In this document: piece after piece, positions 36,451 through 51,414 of the stretch
How positions within the stretch are numbered: the stretch's first letter is position 1
Layout: each line of letters begins with the position of its first letter
Origin: the human T2T-CHM13v2.0 reference genome, Homo sapiens
Assembly (NCBI RefSeq): GCF_009914755.1
Contig: NC_060933.1
Direction: 5' to 3' (one strand)
Length of the DNA: 64,000 nt
Made by a program: the position numbers and the translations under genes
The notes under the pieces: model-generated
Told to the model about the DNA's origin: nothing
Database searches by the model: none
Seen by the model: the letters and a program-made list of their open reading frames with translations, nothing else

Positions 36451-38050
36451 CACCTATGTCCAGGTAAGAGGGCCCCACACAGGAGGGCTTGCTCAGAACC
36501 TGGCTTGCAGGGCTGCTTACAGACCTTCTATGTCTCCTGTTGTCATGCACAAGGAAGGACACAGCCAATGACAACCCTCAGCCATCCGGGGAGAAGCTGT
36601 GTCTGCAGAGGACGGTCATGAGCTGTGAGTCTAGAGACCTGTGATTGTCTTCAGGGGCCTGTGGTCCTCGGCTTTCATAGGAGTTGTGGGGGCACTGGCT
36701 CAAATAGCATCCACCAGGATTCCAATCAGAATATCTCATTCACAGAAGGCAGTCGGTGATATGACAGCACAGAGGGACTCTGTGGGTCCAGCTGCATGGA
36801 GCACTCTGGGAGAGTCACTGGCGCCCGTGCTAGACAGAGCTTCATTCAACTTCTGGAGCACACGGATTTAGATCTCTTTACATCATTTTGAAAGACCATT
36901 TATCATTCTGAAGGAAACCACTGTAATTAACTAAGGTAACATCTTTAATAGGTAGAAAGAAAAAAGTTATTATTTTATTGCCAAGATGATTACAAGAAAA
37001 GAAACAAACAAAAATAGCATGAAGGAAAGAGCAATACTGGACTGAGGGCTTTGGATAAGAGGTTGAGACTTAGTAGTGAATGCCCTGGGCCATCTTCTGT
37101 CAAAAGGGAAGGACAATCAGCAAACAGAAATATGCAGTAGAGGTAAAATCTTGGTTAGTAAAAGAATCCTAAGAGAAAACAAGAAGTCTCCTTCCTGAGC
37201 ATCATGTTGGTGTCGGGAAGATGCACATAATCCCCCCATTGCATGTCTTACACTTTTCAGCAATTAGGGCTCAGCATGAATTTAGAAGACACCATTCACT
37301 TCACAGCAGATGGGGACACAGTCAAGGCAGTGGTGAGAGGCAAGGCTGGGCTTTCAGTCTCAGAGCACAGAGCAGGTTCCCCACTACTCTGCACCCTGGT
37401 GTCTCCTCCCAGATGTTCCAGATGTTCCACCTCATTCTTGCCTTAAGGGCTCCAAGTTGTTAATGGGACAGTAGCCCTCTTCCTTTCCCAGGGTTTCTAA
37501 GAATTTGGCTCTCTTTTGTGTACTGCGGGGTTTGTTTGCCATCTAGAGGCAGGTTTTTGGCATAGCAACTTATAGGCTTTTTCTACTTGTGATAGCGAAA
37601 ATAAATACATAAATAAATTCATCATAAATAATAAATTGACTTAATGCATTCAATCTGTAAAAAAAAAAATAAGGTCAGTTTGAGAGCTTAAAAGGAGCCT
37701 GATGAGGTTAAAAAAGACAAATTACCTTTCGTAAAGAGCAGTTGGAGCAATAGATGATTCTTTAATCAATGACATTTTAGGAGTAACTATCAAATGGTAA
37801 ATAAAACGAAATAAGATGATGAACTATAATTTTATATGCAAAAAAAATTTCCAAGAACCATACAAATACATTTTCAGATTAAAACAAAAAATGTGGGTTT
37901 ATCATCATATCCGCTAAATGGAAGATTTCTCAAATGTGTGCTTGGAGCAAAAATAACACTTATCCCTATTTGAAAGTTCAAGATTTTTGAGCTTTCGAAG
38001 AAAACAGCTTTCCCTTCACTCTGTTCCACTCACACTTCTGAGGATGGCCA

Positions 38051-38931
38051 TGGGGCAAAAAGCCACGGCGGCGGGGTGCAAAAAGCCACGGCGGCGTGGG
38101 GGGCAAAAAGCCGCGGCGGCTGGGGCGCAAAAAGCCGCTGCGGGCAAATAACCGCGGCACGGGGCGGGGGCGGGGGGCGCAAAAAGCCGCATCGGCGGGG
38201 CGCAAAAAGCCGCGGTAGCGGGGGAACAAAAAGCCGCGGCAGCGGGGGAGCAAAAAGCCACGGCCGGCAAAAAGCCGCGGCGGCGGGCGGCAAAAAGCCG
38301 CGACGTCGGGGGACAAAAAGCCGCGGCGGGCATAAACCCGAGGCGGCGGGGGGGGGGGCAAAAAACCGCGGTGGGGAAAAAGCCGCGGCGGCGGGGGGCA
38401 AAAAGCCGGGTCGGGCAAAAAGCCGCGGAGGCAAAAAGCCGCGGCGGGCAGAAAGGCGTGGCGGCGGGGGGCAAAAAGCCGCGGCGGCGGGGGGCAAAAA
38501 GCCGCAGCGGGCAGAAAGGCATGGCGGCGGGGGGCAAAAAGCCGCGGCGGGCAGAAAGCCGCGGCGGGAGCGCAAAAAGCCGCGGCGGGAAAAAGCTACG
38601 GCGGCAGGGGTGCAAAAAGCCACGGCGGCGGGAGGGGGGGGCAAAAAGCCGGGTCGGGCAAAAAGCCGGGTCGGGCAAAAAGCCGCGGCGGCAGGGAACT
38701 AAAAGCCGTGGCAGGCATAAACCCAAGGCGGCGGGGGGGCAAAAAACCGCGGTGGGGAAAAAGCCGCGGCGGTGGGGGTGCAAAAAGCCGAGGCGCGCAA
38801 AAAGCCGCGGTGTTGGGGTGGGGGGGGGGGTGGCAAAAAGCCGCGGCGGCGGAGAGCAAAAAGCTGCGGCGATGAGGGTCAAAAAGCCTCGGCGGCGGGG
38901 GGCAAAAAAGCCGCGGCGACACGGGGCAAAA
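38051..38931. repeat. GC-rich degenerate tandem array, unit ~GCAAAAAGCCGCGGCGGCGGGG (pericentromeric CAAAAAG-type repeat)
   Basis: Roughly 40-50 units of ~16-24 bp; plus strand G-rich and nearly T-free; CpG-dense; sharp transitions to AT-rich flanks. Confidence 0.93.
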
Positions 38932-41900
38932 TAGTGGAGATGGGGTAGAAGGCCAGCACAGGTTGGCTTTGCTGGAGTGTGATGTGATAGGAAATGTGCA
39001 GCCAAAGACAAAAAAAGATGTAAGTAGGCTTGACTCATTGCAGCCAAGAACCCAGATGTTATCTTGAGGGTTTTAACTAATAAGCAGTTTAAATCAGAAT
39101 GGCACATTCTGATTTGTTTTTTGTATATTCACATTTGGCAGGCATAGATACCGTTTGAAGAGAAAAAAGTCAGTAGATAGAGGTAACAAACTTAAATATG
39201 TGCCGAGTCTAGAAACAAGAGACTAGGGGGATAAGGACCTTTCGAAATAAAATGCAAGATTTGAAAACTGATTGGCTGGGGGATGAGGAAAAGGCAGGTC
39301 TTTAAGATCAATCCCTGTTTTGCTTTAAGTTGTTAGGGGGTGGTTTTATCACATATTGTAGAATACGTCATTTCAGTTTTGAACATCTTGAGTTAAATCG
39401 TCCTAACATATCTTATGAATTTGATTTTCTTCCCTGGGAAGCTAATATTTCAAACACTTAAAGAGTATATAGATTTCCAACTTGTATCCAATTTATAAAA
39501 CTATCTCTAGGGCTGCTGATTTCAGGAGGAGGCTCATGAATATTCTATTTGCAGAGAATATATCAGGAGTTAATATCAGCGTCAATATTTGTGGACGACC
39601 AGTTAACTAAGCCACCTCTTAGTGTATTTAGATGGGAAATCTTAGCTGAAGATATTCAATAATGAACCAACAGTGACTAAAAAATTCAATATTTAAGTAT
39701 ATTTCATTGTAATTAATTTGAATTGAAGTAGCCATATACAGCTAGTATTTACTACATTGAACAATGCAAATAAGAGGAAAAAATTAATAACCATCTCTAA
39801 TACCACATGCCAAAATCCTCATCAATTTATTCTAGCTAAAGGAGTTGATCAGAAGCAGCAGTTGAAAGCACCAACTAAACCAGCTGGGGTTAGTTCACTG
39901 TCATTCTCTCAGAACCATCTCTTCTCTGAACAAAACAAGTACAAGAATTCATTGTGAATCTGCATTCTCCTTGCCTGTTTTAAGGTTTTGATGTTGACAC
40001 TAATTTGTGAAATCCCTCCTGTGGTGTGATATTTCGTTTTCCTTGCTTTTTGTTAGGACATGAATGCTTCAGCTCTTAATTTAAAATTATGTTTCTCCCT
40101 CCTAGGTTGAGTGAACTTAGAATGCATGCTCTGACATATCCAAGTTTTTGTTAATATGAATTTGGGGAAAAAAACATACTTAATTAGCTAAGACTTCTTA
40201 TTCTAGGCTTGACCCTGTGTTCGACATCTATTGAATTTGTAGTTGCATGGGCTGCTCTCTGACACTGGTTACTGACCTGGAAGCTATATTAACGTTAGGG
40301 GAGGTGGTGTATGAGCATTAGAGGTATCCTTGCAAGGAAAGACTTGTCTTATCTCAATACGTCTTTTTTTTTGCACACAAGAAAGTCAGTGTTTTAGTCT
40401 TCTAAAATCTTCCTATTTCCAAGTTGCAGAGTACCATTGATTCCTAAACAAAGACCTAATTTTTGACTCAGAGACGTGGCAAGGTAGTGAATCACCATTA
40501 TAATTTAACAATCTTCAAGATAAAATTATCTCTCTGATATTTAGCTTTTGCCCAATTATTAAGATATTTGGGTGTTTCGTTAAGAATGGAAGACTCTAGT
40601 CTCTTGAGCAGAGACTATAAAGGCCTCAGATGATCATTTTTACTTTTATGCTCTTTTCTTTAACACCTTCAACACAGTTGGAAGCAGCCGATATTCCCCA
40701 GAGTTGTTGTGTTTTTTAAACCAAATGCATGGTTCAGTGGTAGAAAACTGGGCTGATCCAAGCTGTTTTCAGTGAACACTTCATTTCAGGTGACCTATTT
40801 CATATTAAATAATCTCTAGATCCTGTCTTCGAAACTAACTAGATCAGATAACCTACCCTGGATTTTCTCCTTTTAGGGTCTGTGAGCTGCAGTCACTTTT
40901 GTGAAAATGATTGCAATGACGAGATAGAGTTGTAGATGGGGAAAATGTTTTGACTAATTTAAGCATAGTGGTATTTCATATGAGAATTTAAGTTACACAC
41001 ATTTGAAAATTATAATGGAGTCTCTTAGCTGAGCTTTAAAAAAAATAGTGTTTAGGCTAAACAGGGAACTGCTACCTCTCCTAAAATCAGAAAGATGTTA
41101 CAGTAATTCTCCATTCTCTAGAATTATCAGGAAGCACCTTTGTGATGATTTACTTTTGTTCTTGGGAGTGTGAGCCCGTGTAGTCTTGGAACCATCAATT
41201 AGAATGATGGCTTTCTGATCCCAAAGTCATTCGTTCTGAAAACAATATTTTTCATAAATTTGAAAGTGAGAAGTTTTGATCTTGCCATTCCCAAGTAACT
41301 CTCTTAATAAGAGGCATCAGCATGCTTCAGTGACAGCTGTCACTTTCCAGTGCTGAGAGTCATCTTTGAGTTCTCCATTTCACTCCCTACACTCCAATTT
41401 AGCTGCAGTTCTCTTGGCCAGTCCTATGAAATACATCCATGGCCTAACGACTTCTCACCACTACTACCACTCATCGTGACAGCATTCTCACCTAAGTCAC
41501 TACCTTTTTTCTCTGGATTAGAGTAGCCTCCCAATTTATTTGCTCACATAACCTATTTATTCTACACGGTGCACCAGATACACCCCTTTGAAATGCAAAC
41601 ACAATCATGTTATTCTCTGGTTAAATTATCTCATATATTCCTATCGCATTTAAAATTAATTCAGAATAATCCCCTGATTATCAAAAGCCTACATGCTCTT
41701 CCACAATATGGTTTACTTCCAAGATATCTCTTCAACTTTTTTTTCATTGTACTGAATTGGTGACTAATAATCATATTTTTATTTTTGCTCAAAAATCTTG
41801 ACTTGTAAATTTTTCAGTTTCTCCTTTATCCACAGGTAACTCTTTCCTCATAAGGCGAATTGCTTGCTTCCTCGAGTCCTGCTCTCAAAGATAACCTTCA

Positions 41901-42446
41901 TTTTCTACCTAATATTAATAACTTTAATCATTCATTATTCCATTACTATGCTCTATAGTGTATACAATTTCTGTTCTTTGTCATGTTATTAACTAAATTA
42001 TTTATTTGTTCCAGTAACGTATTCCATAAATATTGTACACATAAAAATTATGTTATCTTTATTGCTGCATGCTCAGCTGCCCAATAACAGTCTGAGGATT
42101 AACATATTTGTTAAATGCACAAATACGTTCTTTCACAAATATTAGTTTAATAATTTTATATTAAACTCCCTCTATACTTACAATATGAATTAGATAATTG
42201 AGAATAAACATTCCAGTGGAAAAAACTAAACAATTTGTTGTAAAACATCCTTAAAAGCATCAGAAAGTTAATACAGCAATGAAGAATTACAGGACCAAAT
42301 TAAGAATGGTATGGAAGCCTGTTTGTGAGGCTTATGTTTGGGTTATCTCTTTACTTAGAGAGACTATAAATCTCAAAAGAGGATTAAAGGGAGAAATAAC
42401 CATATCAACTCACATGGTAAGAGTATTCAAACATCTCTTAGTAATG

Positions 42447-42600
42447 GAGAAAATTGAAAGAAAAGAAAAAAGAGAAAGGGAGAAAGAGAGACAGAGCGAA
42501 AGGGATAATGAAGGAGAGAAAGAAGAAGAGAAAGGAAGAGGAAGAAAAGTAAAAAGGAGGAGGAGGGAGAGGGAGGAAGAAAGAAAGGTGAAAAGAAAGA
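42447..42600. repeat. GA-rich low-complexity tract
   Basis: Read directly. Confidence 0.85.
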
Positions 42601-42629
42601 ATGCTAAAGTTTTCAACAACATAATTTAT

Positions 42630-44150
42630 CCTTCTAGAATATGAATGTTGGTCTATTTGATGATGTCCCACAGATTCCTTAGTCTCTGCTCATTTTTTAT
42701 CTGTTTCTCGGAGTCAATAGTTTCCATTTTCTTATCTTCAAGCTCATGACTTCTTCTGTGTGTGCAAATATACTCTTAAATCCCTCTGGTGATTTTTAAA
42801 TTTTTATCATTGTAGTTTTCCACTCCAGAATTTCTGCTATCTCTGTTGATATTCCTACTTTTTAATATTTTTTCTGAATCCTTTATTTCTTTGTTTATGT
42901 TTTCCTTGTGACATTTGAGTATAATTAAGAGAGTTGTTTTAAAGTCTTTGTCTAGTAAGTTTGAAGTCTGGGTTTCCTTAGAGATATTTTCTGTCAGTTT
43001 GTTTTGTTCCTTTGAATGAGCCATAATTTTCCGTTCTTTGTATGCCTTGTAACTTTTTTTGAAAACTGGGCATTATAATAATTATAATTACTATGTGGTT
43101 ACTCTGTAAATCAGACCCTCCCCCACAAACACAGTAATGTTTTGGGGTTTTAAATTTTCTTTACTTATAATATTGTTAAGGATTTTTTTTTTAGTGAAAT
43201 TTTCCAAAGTGATTTACAAAACTGTTTGCTTTATAAGGTGTGGTCACCGAAGTCTTTTTGTTTCCTTAACAAATGTTAAGCTAATGTTTTGACAGTGATT
43301 TTCTTGTATGTCAGGAAGTAAGCAAACAGGCAAATACAACAAAAACAAAAAGAAAAAAAGTAATCATTGTCCAGCAAAATATGTCTCTAGGCCATGCAGA
43401 CTGGCTTTGTGCTGGGTTCTTTAAAGCCGGGACAAAGTGTGTGTTCACTCTTGCGCTGAGTGAAGTTCAAGTTCACCCTTGCACATAGCTTGCACTGAGG
43501 GGAGGGATCGGCCAAGGTAAAAGCGTAGGGTCTTCTTATGACATTTGTCAGCATGTGGCTTAACCTATGCATACAAGTGACTTTCTAGACTCTCCCATGT
43601 ACGTGAATGATTTTGAATGTCTTAGTTTTCCAAATACTCTTCTCCAACTTTTCTTCCTGTGCTGAAGGTGATCTACTATATGTGTAAACTCTAATTTTTG
43701 CCCTAAGCATCTGTGGTTTGTTAGGTCTCCTTGCAGAGTTTCTTGATAATGTCCATTCCTTATCTGTTCTGTATTCTAGCAACACAGAAAAACAAAAGCC
43801 TTTCATGAGTCCTTTAGGTATCCCCCAGACCAGTCAGAACAGACACATAGTAATTGGCGGGTAAGATCTTCTCTTGTTCCTTTGGACCATGGACCAGTGT
43901 TCCTCACTGGGAACGTGGGCTTCTGACACTTCAAAACTGCCAATTTGCTGGGGCAAAGGCAAGTTAAAAATGTCATAAAGTTTTCAAGTTGCCTTTTTCT
44001 TGAGTCTGCTTTCACTCAGTTGTTGTAATCTTTTGACTATTTTCCAGAGTTTTGGCAAAGTTTATTCGGACAGTTTCTCTTAGTTGTGTGATGTTTCTGT
44101 GGGGAAATGAAAGATTGCAGCTGTCTCCACTGACATTTTGCTGATGCTCC
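42630..44150 (-). mobile_element. Old L1M 5' UTR/ORF1 remnant
   Basis: Minus ORF 42776-43024 MAHSKEQNKLTE...LLDKDFKTT resembles old L1 ORF1 N-termini. Confidence 0.65.
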
Positions 44151-44198
44151 TCTTTTGTCAATTTTTGCTTCATGTTATTATGCTTTGTTATTAGTTCA

Positions 44199-44625
44199 TG
44201 TATTAGTTTTCTAGGGCTGCCATAACCAAGTAACACAAACTGGGTGCCATGAACAACATACATTTATAGTCTTATAGTCCTGGAAGCTAAAATTCTGAGA
44301 TTGAGGAGTCAGGAGGGATGGTCCCTTCAAGGGCTATGAGAGAAAGCCTGTTCTATGCCTTGTTTCTCACTTCTGATGGTTTAGTGGCAGTCTTTGGCAT
44401 TCCTTGGCTAATCTCTGCCCTCATAATCACATGGTACTCTCCCTGTGTGTATGTCTCCCTCTACTCAAATTTCTTCTTTTAATAAGGACATCAGTCATAC
44501 TGAATTCAGGCGCATCTGATTGTATCTTAACTTGATCAGCTGCAAAGAACCTATTTCTTAATGAGGTCATATTCAGTGGTTAGAATTTCAACATCTATAT
44601 AGAGGAAACAATTTAGCTTATATCT
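44199..44625 (-). mobile_element. MLT1-family LTR
   Basis: TGTATTAGTTTTCTAGGGCTGCCATAACCAAG...TAAGGACATCAGTCAT...TGCAAAGAACCTATTTC. Confidence 0.8.
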
Positions 44626-45417
44626 GTGCATACATGATTGTAATAGCTATGTCTTCCTAAAGCGTTGACCCCCTTTTTACTACAATATAAATTTTTAAAA
44701 TCCTATTCACATTTTTAATAGTCTATATTGTGTGTTATGAGTATAATGAGTTCAGTGTTCTTATGATTGCTCTTTGCATGATATTTTTTGTCATCTTTTT
44801 ACTTTCAATCCATTAGTATCCTTGCATCTCGGCGTATATTGGGATCACTTGTTTTAATCCAGTCTGACAATCTCTGCCTCTGGAATGGATTTTAATCTGC
44901 TCACATTTAAGATTATAATTGGTATAATTCTATTTATGTCTGCCATTTTACCGTTTGTTTTATATATTTCTCAAATATTTTTCTTTATTGCTTTATTTTG
45001 CAATGAAAGAATATTTTCTAAACTAGGGAACTTTAGATTACTAATGAATTATTTTATTATATATGTTTGAGAATTTCTGTTGTTGTTGTAAGTTTACCAT
45101 ATAGGTATATGGAAAATTAATTATTCAAATCATCTTCCAATTTATACTAGTAAACTTTTAGTAATACATAGAAACATCATTCTTATATAAATCTCTTTTA
45201 TTTCCTCCATTTTAAAGTATTATCACTTTACACATTACATCTATTAAAGTTACAAAGCCAACAATACATTTTAGTAATTATTACTTTACCATCTAGAGTG
45301 ATTACCTTATCACAATACATTTTTCTTCCAACTACCTCCTTTTTGATGTTACTGGAAAATATGTTATAGACGTATTACATTTCTACATGTCAAAAACTCA
45401 GCAATACATTATGCACA

Positions 45418-45717
45418 TATTATTATTATTATCATTGAGACGGAGTCTCCCTCTGTCACCCAGGCTGGAGTGCAGTGGCACAATCTCCGCTCACTGCAAG
45501 CTCCATTTCCCAGCTTCATGCCATTTTTCTGCTTCAGCCTCCCGAGTAACTGGGACTAAAGGCGCCCGCCATCACGCCCGGCTCATTTTTTGTATTTTAA
45601 GTGGAAACGGGGTTTCACTGTGTTAGCCAGGATGGTCTCGATCTCCTGGCCTCGTAATATGCCCGCCTTGGCCTCCCAAAGTGCTCAGATGACAGGTGTG
45701 AGCCATCGTGCCCGGCC
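45418..45717 (-). mobile_element. AluY-like SINE with (TTA)n tail
   Basis: CTCACTGCAAGCTCC...GTGTTAGCCAGGATGGTCTCGATCTCC; TSD-like CATTAT(G/A)CACAT. Confidence 0.92.
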
Positions 45718-47374
45718 ATTATACACATGTTATTTAATAAACAATTTATGATAAAGAGAAAAAATGCATTTTTACTGTCTTTTATAATGTCAGTATTACC
45801 TATACCAGTGCTTTTTTAAAAATGTGGATTCAAGTGACTGTCTTCTGTAACTTGCTTTTAGCCTTAGGAATTTATTTTAGAGTTTTTTTTAATGTGGTAG
45901 GCCTGCCAGCAACAACTTCAGTTAATATTTCTGTTTATCTGGGTAAGTCTTTGTGTTATCTTCGTTTTTGAAAAATAATTGCTGGATAAGGAATTCGTGG
46001 CTGAGAGTTTTTTTTCCTTTGCATCTTTTGAATATATTATTCTACTGCCTCTTGCCTTCCATTGTTTATCTTAAGTCAGCTGTTAATCTTACAAAACATA
46101 GGTGCTCAAAAAATAAACGTGCATGAATATTTACAGCAGTAATATTCATACAGTCAAAAAGTGGAAACAATCCATATGCTTGTTGACTCATAAACGGACA
46201 CCCAATTTTCAGCTATAACAAAGAATGAAGTACTTATATATGTTATAATATGGGTGAAATTTGAAAGCATTATGTTAAGTGCACAAAAGTACAAATATTA
46301 CTTGATTTTATTCACATGAAACATCAGGAATTGGCAAATCAATTGGGATATAAATTAGATTAGTGGTCATTACGGCTCAGGGAAGCAGAATAGGGTGTAA
46401 CAACTTTATGCATAATGGGTTTTTGGAAGGGACATGATGAAATTGCCCTGGAACATTGTGAATATACTAAAAGCAAGTGCATTGTATGCTTTAAAATGGT
46501 TGTTATTAATTTTATATTATGTGATTTTTACCTTAAAAAAAGAGAAAATAGCCTTACTCTATACATAATAAACTCAAGATATGTTACAAATTTACATGTG
46601 AAATTCCAAAATACTATAATATTTAAGGAATAGCTAAGTAGAATAACACTGAAATTTAACATAATGAAACATTTCCTTAAAAAAGAAAAAAGCACAGTAA
46701 TTAAAAAGGGAAATATATTTAATATTTTTTCTCTCCATTAAGCATGCCATTAACTGAGTAAAAAATCAAGCTGCAATTATCTAAACTACATTTTCTAAAA
46801 CCATAAAGAAAAGAAGAAATAAAAAGGTATTTGGGAAAAAAATCCAAAGGTACAGTCAACTACACAAAAAAAGCTTAGTCTCATTTATCATTATGAAAAT
46901 GCAAATGGCAACTGAAAGAAGATAAAACTACAATTCAAAGAGAAAGCCTAAAATTTCAACCCCCCAAAAAGTCTGGGTTTTGGAGATCTGGGATGGAATA
47001 GGGTTCCTAACCTGACAACAATGAAAGAACCAAACTAACTGACTTCAAAGTCATGACTCTATTTTTATAGCAATGAGGTTGCCAAGAACTGAGTCAAAAT
47101 GTGAGGGAAAACAAGCACCTGCAAGGAGAAAGAGGACAGATGCACTTACATAGGACAGATGCAAATAGACACCACGATGACAAGTAAAGCTGGAATAATC
47201 AATAAATTCCTAAAGACAAAGTGGGGCTGGTGAGATTGGGAGACCGCTGACAGCTGCAGAAGTTGGGAAAGATCCATCATCTTGAAAACGTTTTCCCCAC
47301 AAACCCACTGTGATCTCTCAGGCAATTGGTAAGGAATCCAAGAGAGTCTGTATATGACACAGATCAGGGAGAGC

Positions 47375-47660
47375 AGAACACTTGGGAGGTGACCAGGTCT
47401 TGGGGGCCGAGCCCATATGAATGGGATTAGTGCCTTTATAAAAGAAGCTCAATGGAGTTCTTGTGTGCCTTCCACTGTCTGAGGACATAGAAAGAAGGCA
47501 CCATCTATGAACCATGAAATGGGCTCTCATCAACACTGAATTTGTGAGCATCTTGACCTGAGATCTTACAGCCTCAAGAAGTGTGAAAAAAGAAATATCT
47601 GTTGTTTTTTAGTCACCCAGTTTATGTTATTTTGTTATAAGAGTCCAAATAGACCAAGAT
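47375..47660 (+). mobile_element. MaLR LTR fragment (MLT1A/MSTC-like)
   Basis: TGAATGGGATTAGTGCCTTTATAAAAGA...CACCCAGTTTATGTTATTTTGTTATA...AATAGACCAAGA. Confidence 0.7.
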
Positions 47661-48582
47661 ATTCCACTTAATATGTAGGGGAAGGCAACAAAAACTGCCA
47701 CACTTAGAATACTCCTGATGCTGGGAGTATGAAAACAGGAAAAACAAAACAAAACTGCTCTTGAAGGTGAAGGAGGAATATCACTGAGCTCACCAACACA
47801 GCCAGGAAAAGAACAGAAGTGTGAGAAGGCTACATTCCTGAGACCCTGAGAAAAAGTACCTGCATAAGACTGAGTGAAATTACCTACTCTAGTTATGATT
47901 GAAATCCCAAAAAGAAAAGAGGAAAAAATAATGGAGCAAAAGAAATATATTTCAAAATAACTGCCAAAAATATTCTAAAAGAAGTGACAGAAAATCAAAC
48001 TTCAGATATAGGAAACTCAGAGAATGTCAAATAGAACAAAAAGAAATAAGAATTCCATCTTGAAAAATCTTTAAAAAATCAAGTCTAAATTTTATATCTT
48101 GCTCCAAATATATAGAGATAGAAATAGGTTATCATCAAGATATGGAGAAAGCCATATCATGGAAACACTGAAATAAAGCTGTGGAAGGACTACATTGATA
48201 TTAGACACAACAGAGTTCAGAACAAGAAATAGTATCAGAGATGAGAGATAATAGATAATAGAATAATCAATTCTCAAGAAGATGTAAACATCCTACTAAT
48301 TAGGGTATGCAGCTAACAACAGAGCCTCCAAATACATGAGGTAAAACAGGAAAGAAATCAAAGGTGAACTAGAAAAACCCAAAATTATATTTGCAGACTT
48401 CAACACTTTTGTCTTAGTAATGGACAGACTAGGCACAAACTCAGTAATCATGTGGAAGATAAGAACAACAATATCACCAACAAGACATCCAATCTTCAAT
48501 GGCAGATACTCTTTCCTTTCAAGTGAAAAAAAAAACAGTATGGCATATTCTCTAACAAACACAGAATTTCTAATATTTGCGG

Positions 48583-49218
48583 TCTTCCTTCCTTCTTTCC
48601 ATCTTCCTTTGTCTTCTCTTCCCTTCCCTTGCCTTCTTCCTTCCTTTCTTCTTTTCCTCTTCCTTTTCTTTTTTCTTTTCCTTTCTTTCTTTTCTTTCTT
48701 TTTTTCTCCTTCCTTCCTTCTTTCCTTCTTTCTTTCCTCTTATTCTTCCTTCCCTCCTCCCTCCCTTCCTTTCTCCCTCCCTTTTCTTCCTTCTTTTCTC
48801 GTATTCTTTCTTTCTTTCTCACGTTCTTGTTTTCTTTCCTTTTTTCTCCCTTCCTCCCGCCCTCCTTTTCTTCCTTCCTCCCTCCCTTCCTTTCCTCTTT
48901 CTCCTTCCTTCCTTCCTTCCTTCACCTCTTTATTTTCTTTGTTTCTTTGCCTTCCTCCATTTTACCATTCTCTCTTCCTCCTTTTCTTCCTCACTTCTTC
49001 CTTTCTTTCTTTCTCTTTCTTTCTTCTTTCCTTCCTTCTTTCTTTCTTGTGTTCATGTTTTCTTTTTTCTCCCTTCCTGCCTTTCTCCCTTCCTGCCTTT
49101 CTCCCTTCCTTCCCTCATTTCCTCCTTCTTTTCTTTCTTCTTTCTTTCTTTATTTCCTTCCTTCCTTCTTTCCTTCCTTCTTTTTCTTTCTTTGTTTTCT
49201 TTTCTTTCTTTCTCTTTA
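48583..49218. repeat. ~630-bp polypyrimidine (CTTT/CCTT) tract
   Basis: Read directly; explains the F/L/S/P-rich and K/E/G/R-rich ORFs here. Confidence 0.95.
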
Positions 49219-49307
49219 CTACAATTCATATTATTTTTAAAAAATTAAGAGAGGGAGACAGAAAAATAAAGAACGCTTTAATCTTCAGGTAAATAGATTA
49301 TGTCTGC

Positions 49308-50115
<808 letters not shown>

Positions 50116-51104
50116 TTTATATTGTAATTGTATCATGAAAATGAGAACCATAATTTACAACTGCTTTTAATACTGCACTTGGATGTTTGAAATCACGTAC
50201 ATGGAAATGATCTCTATGTGCATGAGGGAGGATAGCAAATTGATGCCAAAATAATGCAAATGCAAATCTTACACTCATTTCTATGTAGGTTTCATTTAAT
50301 CTTTGAAATTAAAATGAAATGAAAAGATTGTGATATTTTGATGAAATTAGACTAAAATGAACAATAACAAAATAAGAACTCACTTATATTCTTTATATGG
50401 TCAATAAAGAAGTGATAGTGGAAAAAAACAAGATCAAATGAAGGTGATGATTTAGGAAGTTGGAAAGATACCTGAAACTACAAAATGGTATATAACCAGT
50501 GAACACTTAGACACACTGATTGATGAACTTCAGCTTTTGGCTTGGTGAGAGCATAAAATGAGAGCAGCTGAGGTTTGCAAATTTGTAATCTCCTTGTGGA
50601 AAAACAGGGGAAAACACATCTCAGCCTAATAAAATTTATCTACTAAAGAGTCTAGACTTGATCCATTTGTCCTTGTAATTCAAAAGCTAATTCAAATACT
50701 GATTTGATCTATTGTGTGAACAACCATTGCTGATTATCATCGCACACCTGGCATTCCCTTTTATCTGATATCTAAAATATTTGGTAATTCCTGGACTTTC
50801 TCTTTTCAAACCCAGTACAGTTTAATTTGAGTCTTAGAACAGTTGTCTTTGAGAAATTCTTCCCTCTACTGCATCTGTGAATGGGCATAGCATGGTTACA
50901 TACATACTGTCACTCCATAGAACATTTGTTAAATTAAAGCCAAAGTTTAAAGCAAGAGCTTTAACTTACTGGTTTTACTAATGTTTTCCTCCCCAATAGC
51001 CACAACAATATTGATACCCTCACACCTTTTAACATAAAGCTTGGTGTTGTCTATTTTTCAGGTGCTGTCATCTATATGATCTCAGTATTTTAAAAATCAG
51101 CTTC

Positions 51105-51414
<310 letters not shown>

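Noticed and set aside
36451-36870. Possible third V-kappa relic (TGTCCAG|GTAAGA donor after the MER4 LTR)
   Set aside because: No framework motifs or RSS could be read in any frame.
38051-38931. CRISPR-like appearance (recurring CAAAAAGCC motif with variable intervening bases)
   Set aside because: Intervening bases are short G/C variants of the same unit, not unique spacers; primate context with no cas genes.
37978-39107. Long overlapping ORFs (up to 363 aa) on both strands
   Set aside because: Artefact of the T-poor GC repeat, which rarely forms stop codons; products are low-complexity KKPRR/AAAFC repeats with no domain.
48420-49292. 200-290 aa hydrophobic ORFs resembling membrane proteins
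   Set aside because: Translations of the CT-rich simple repeat.
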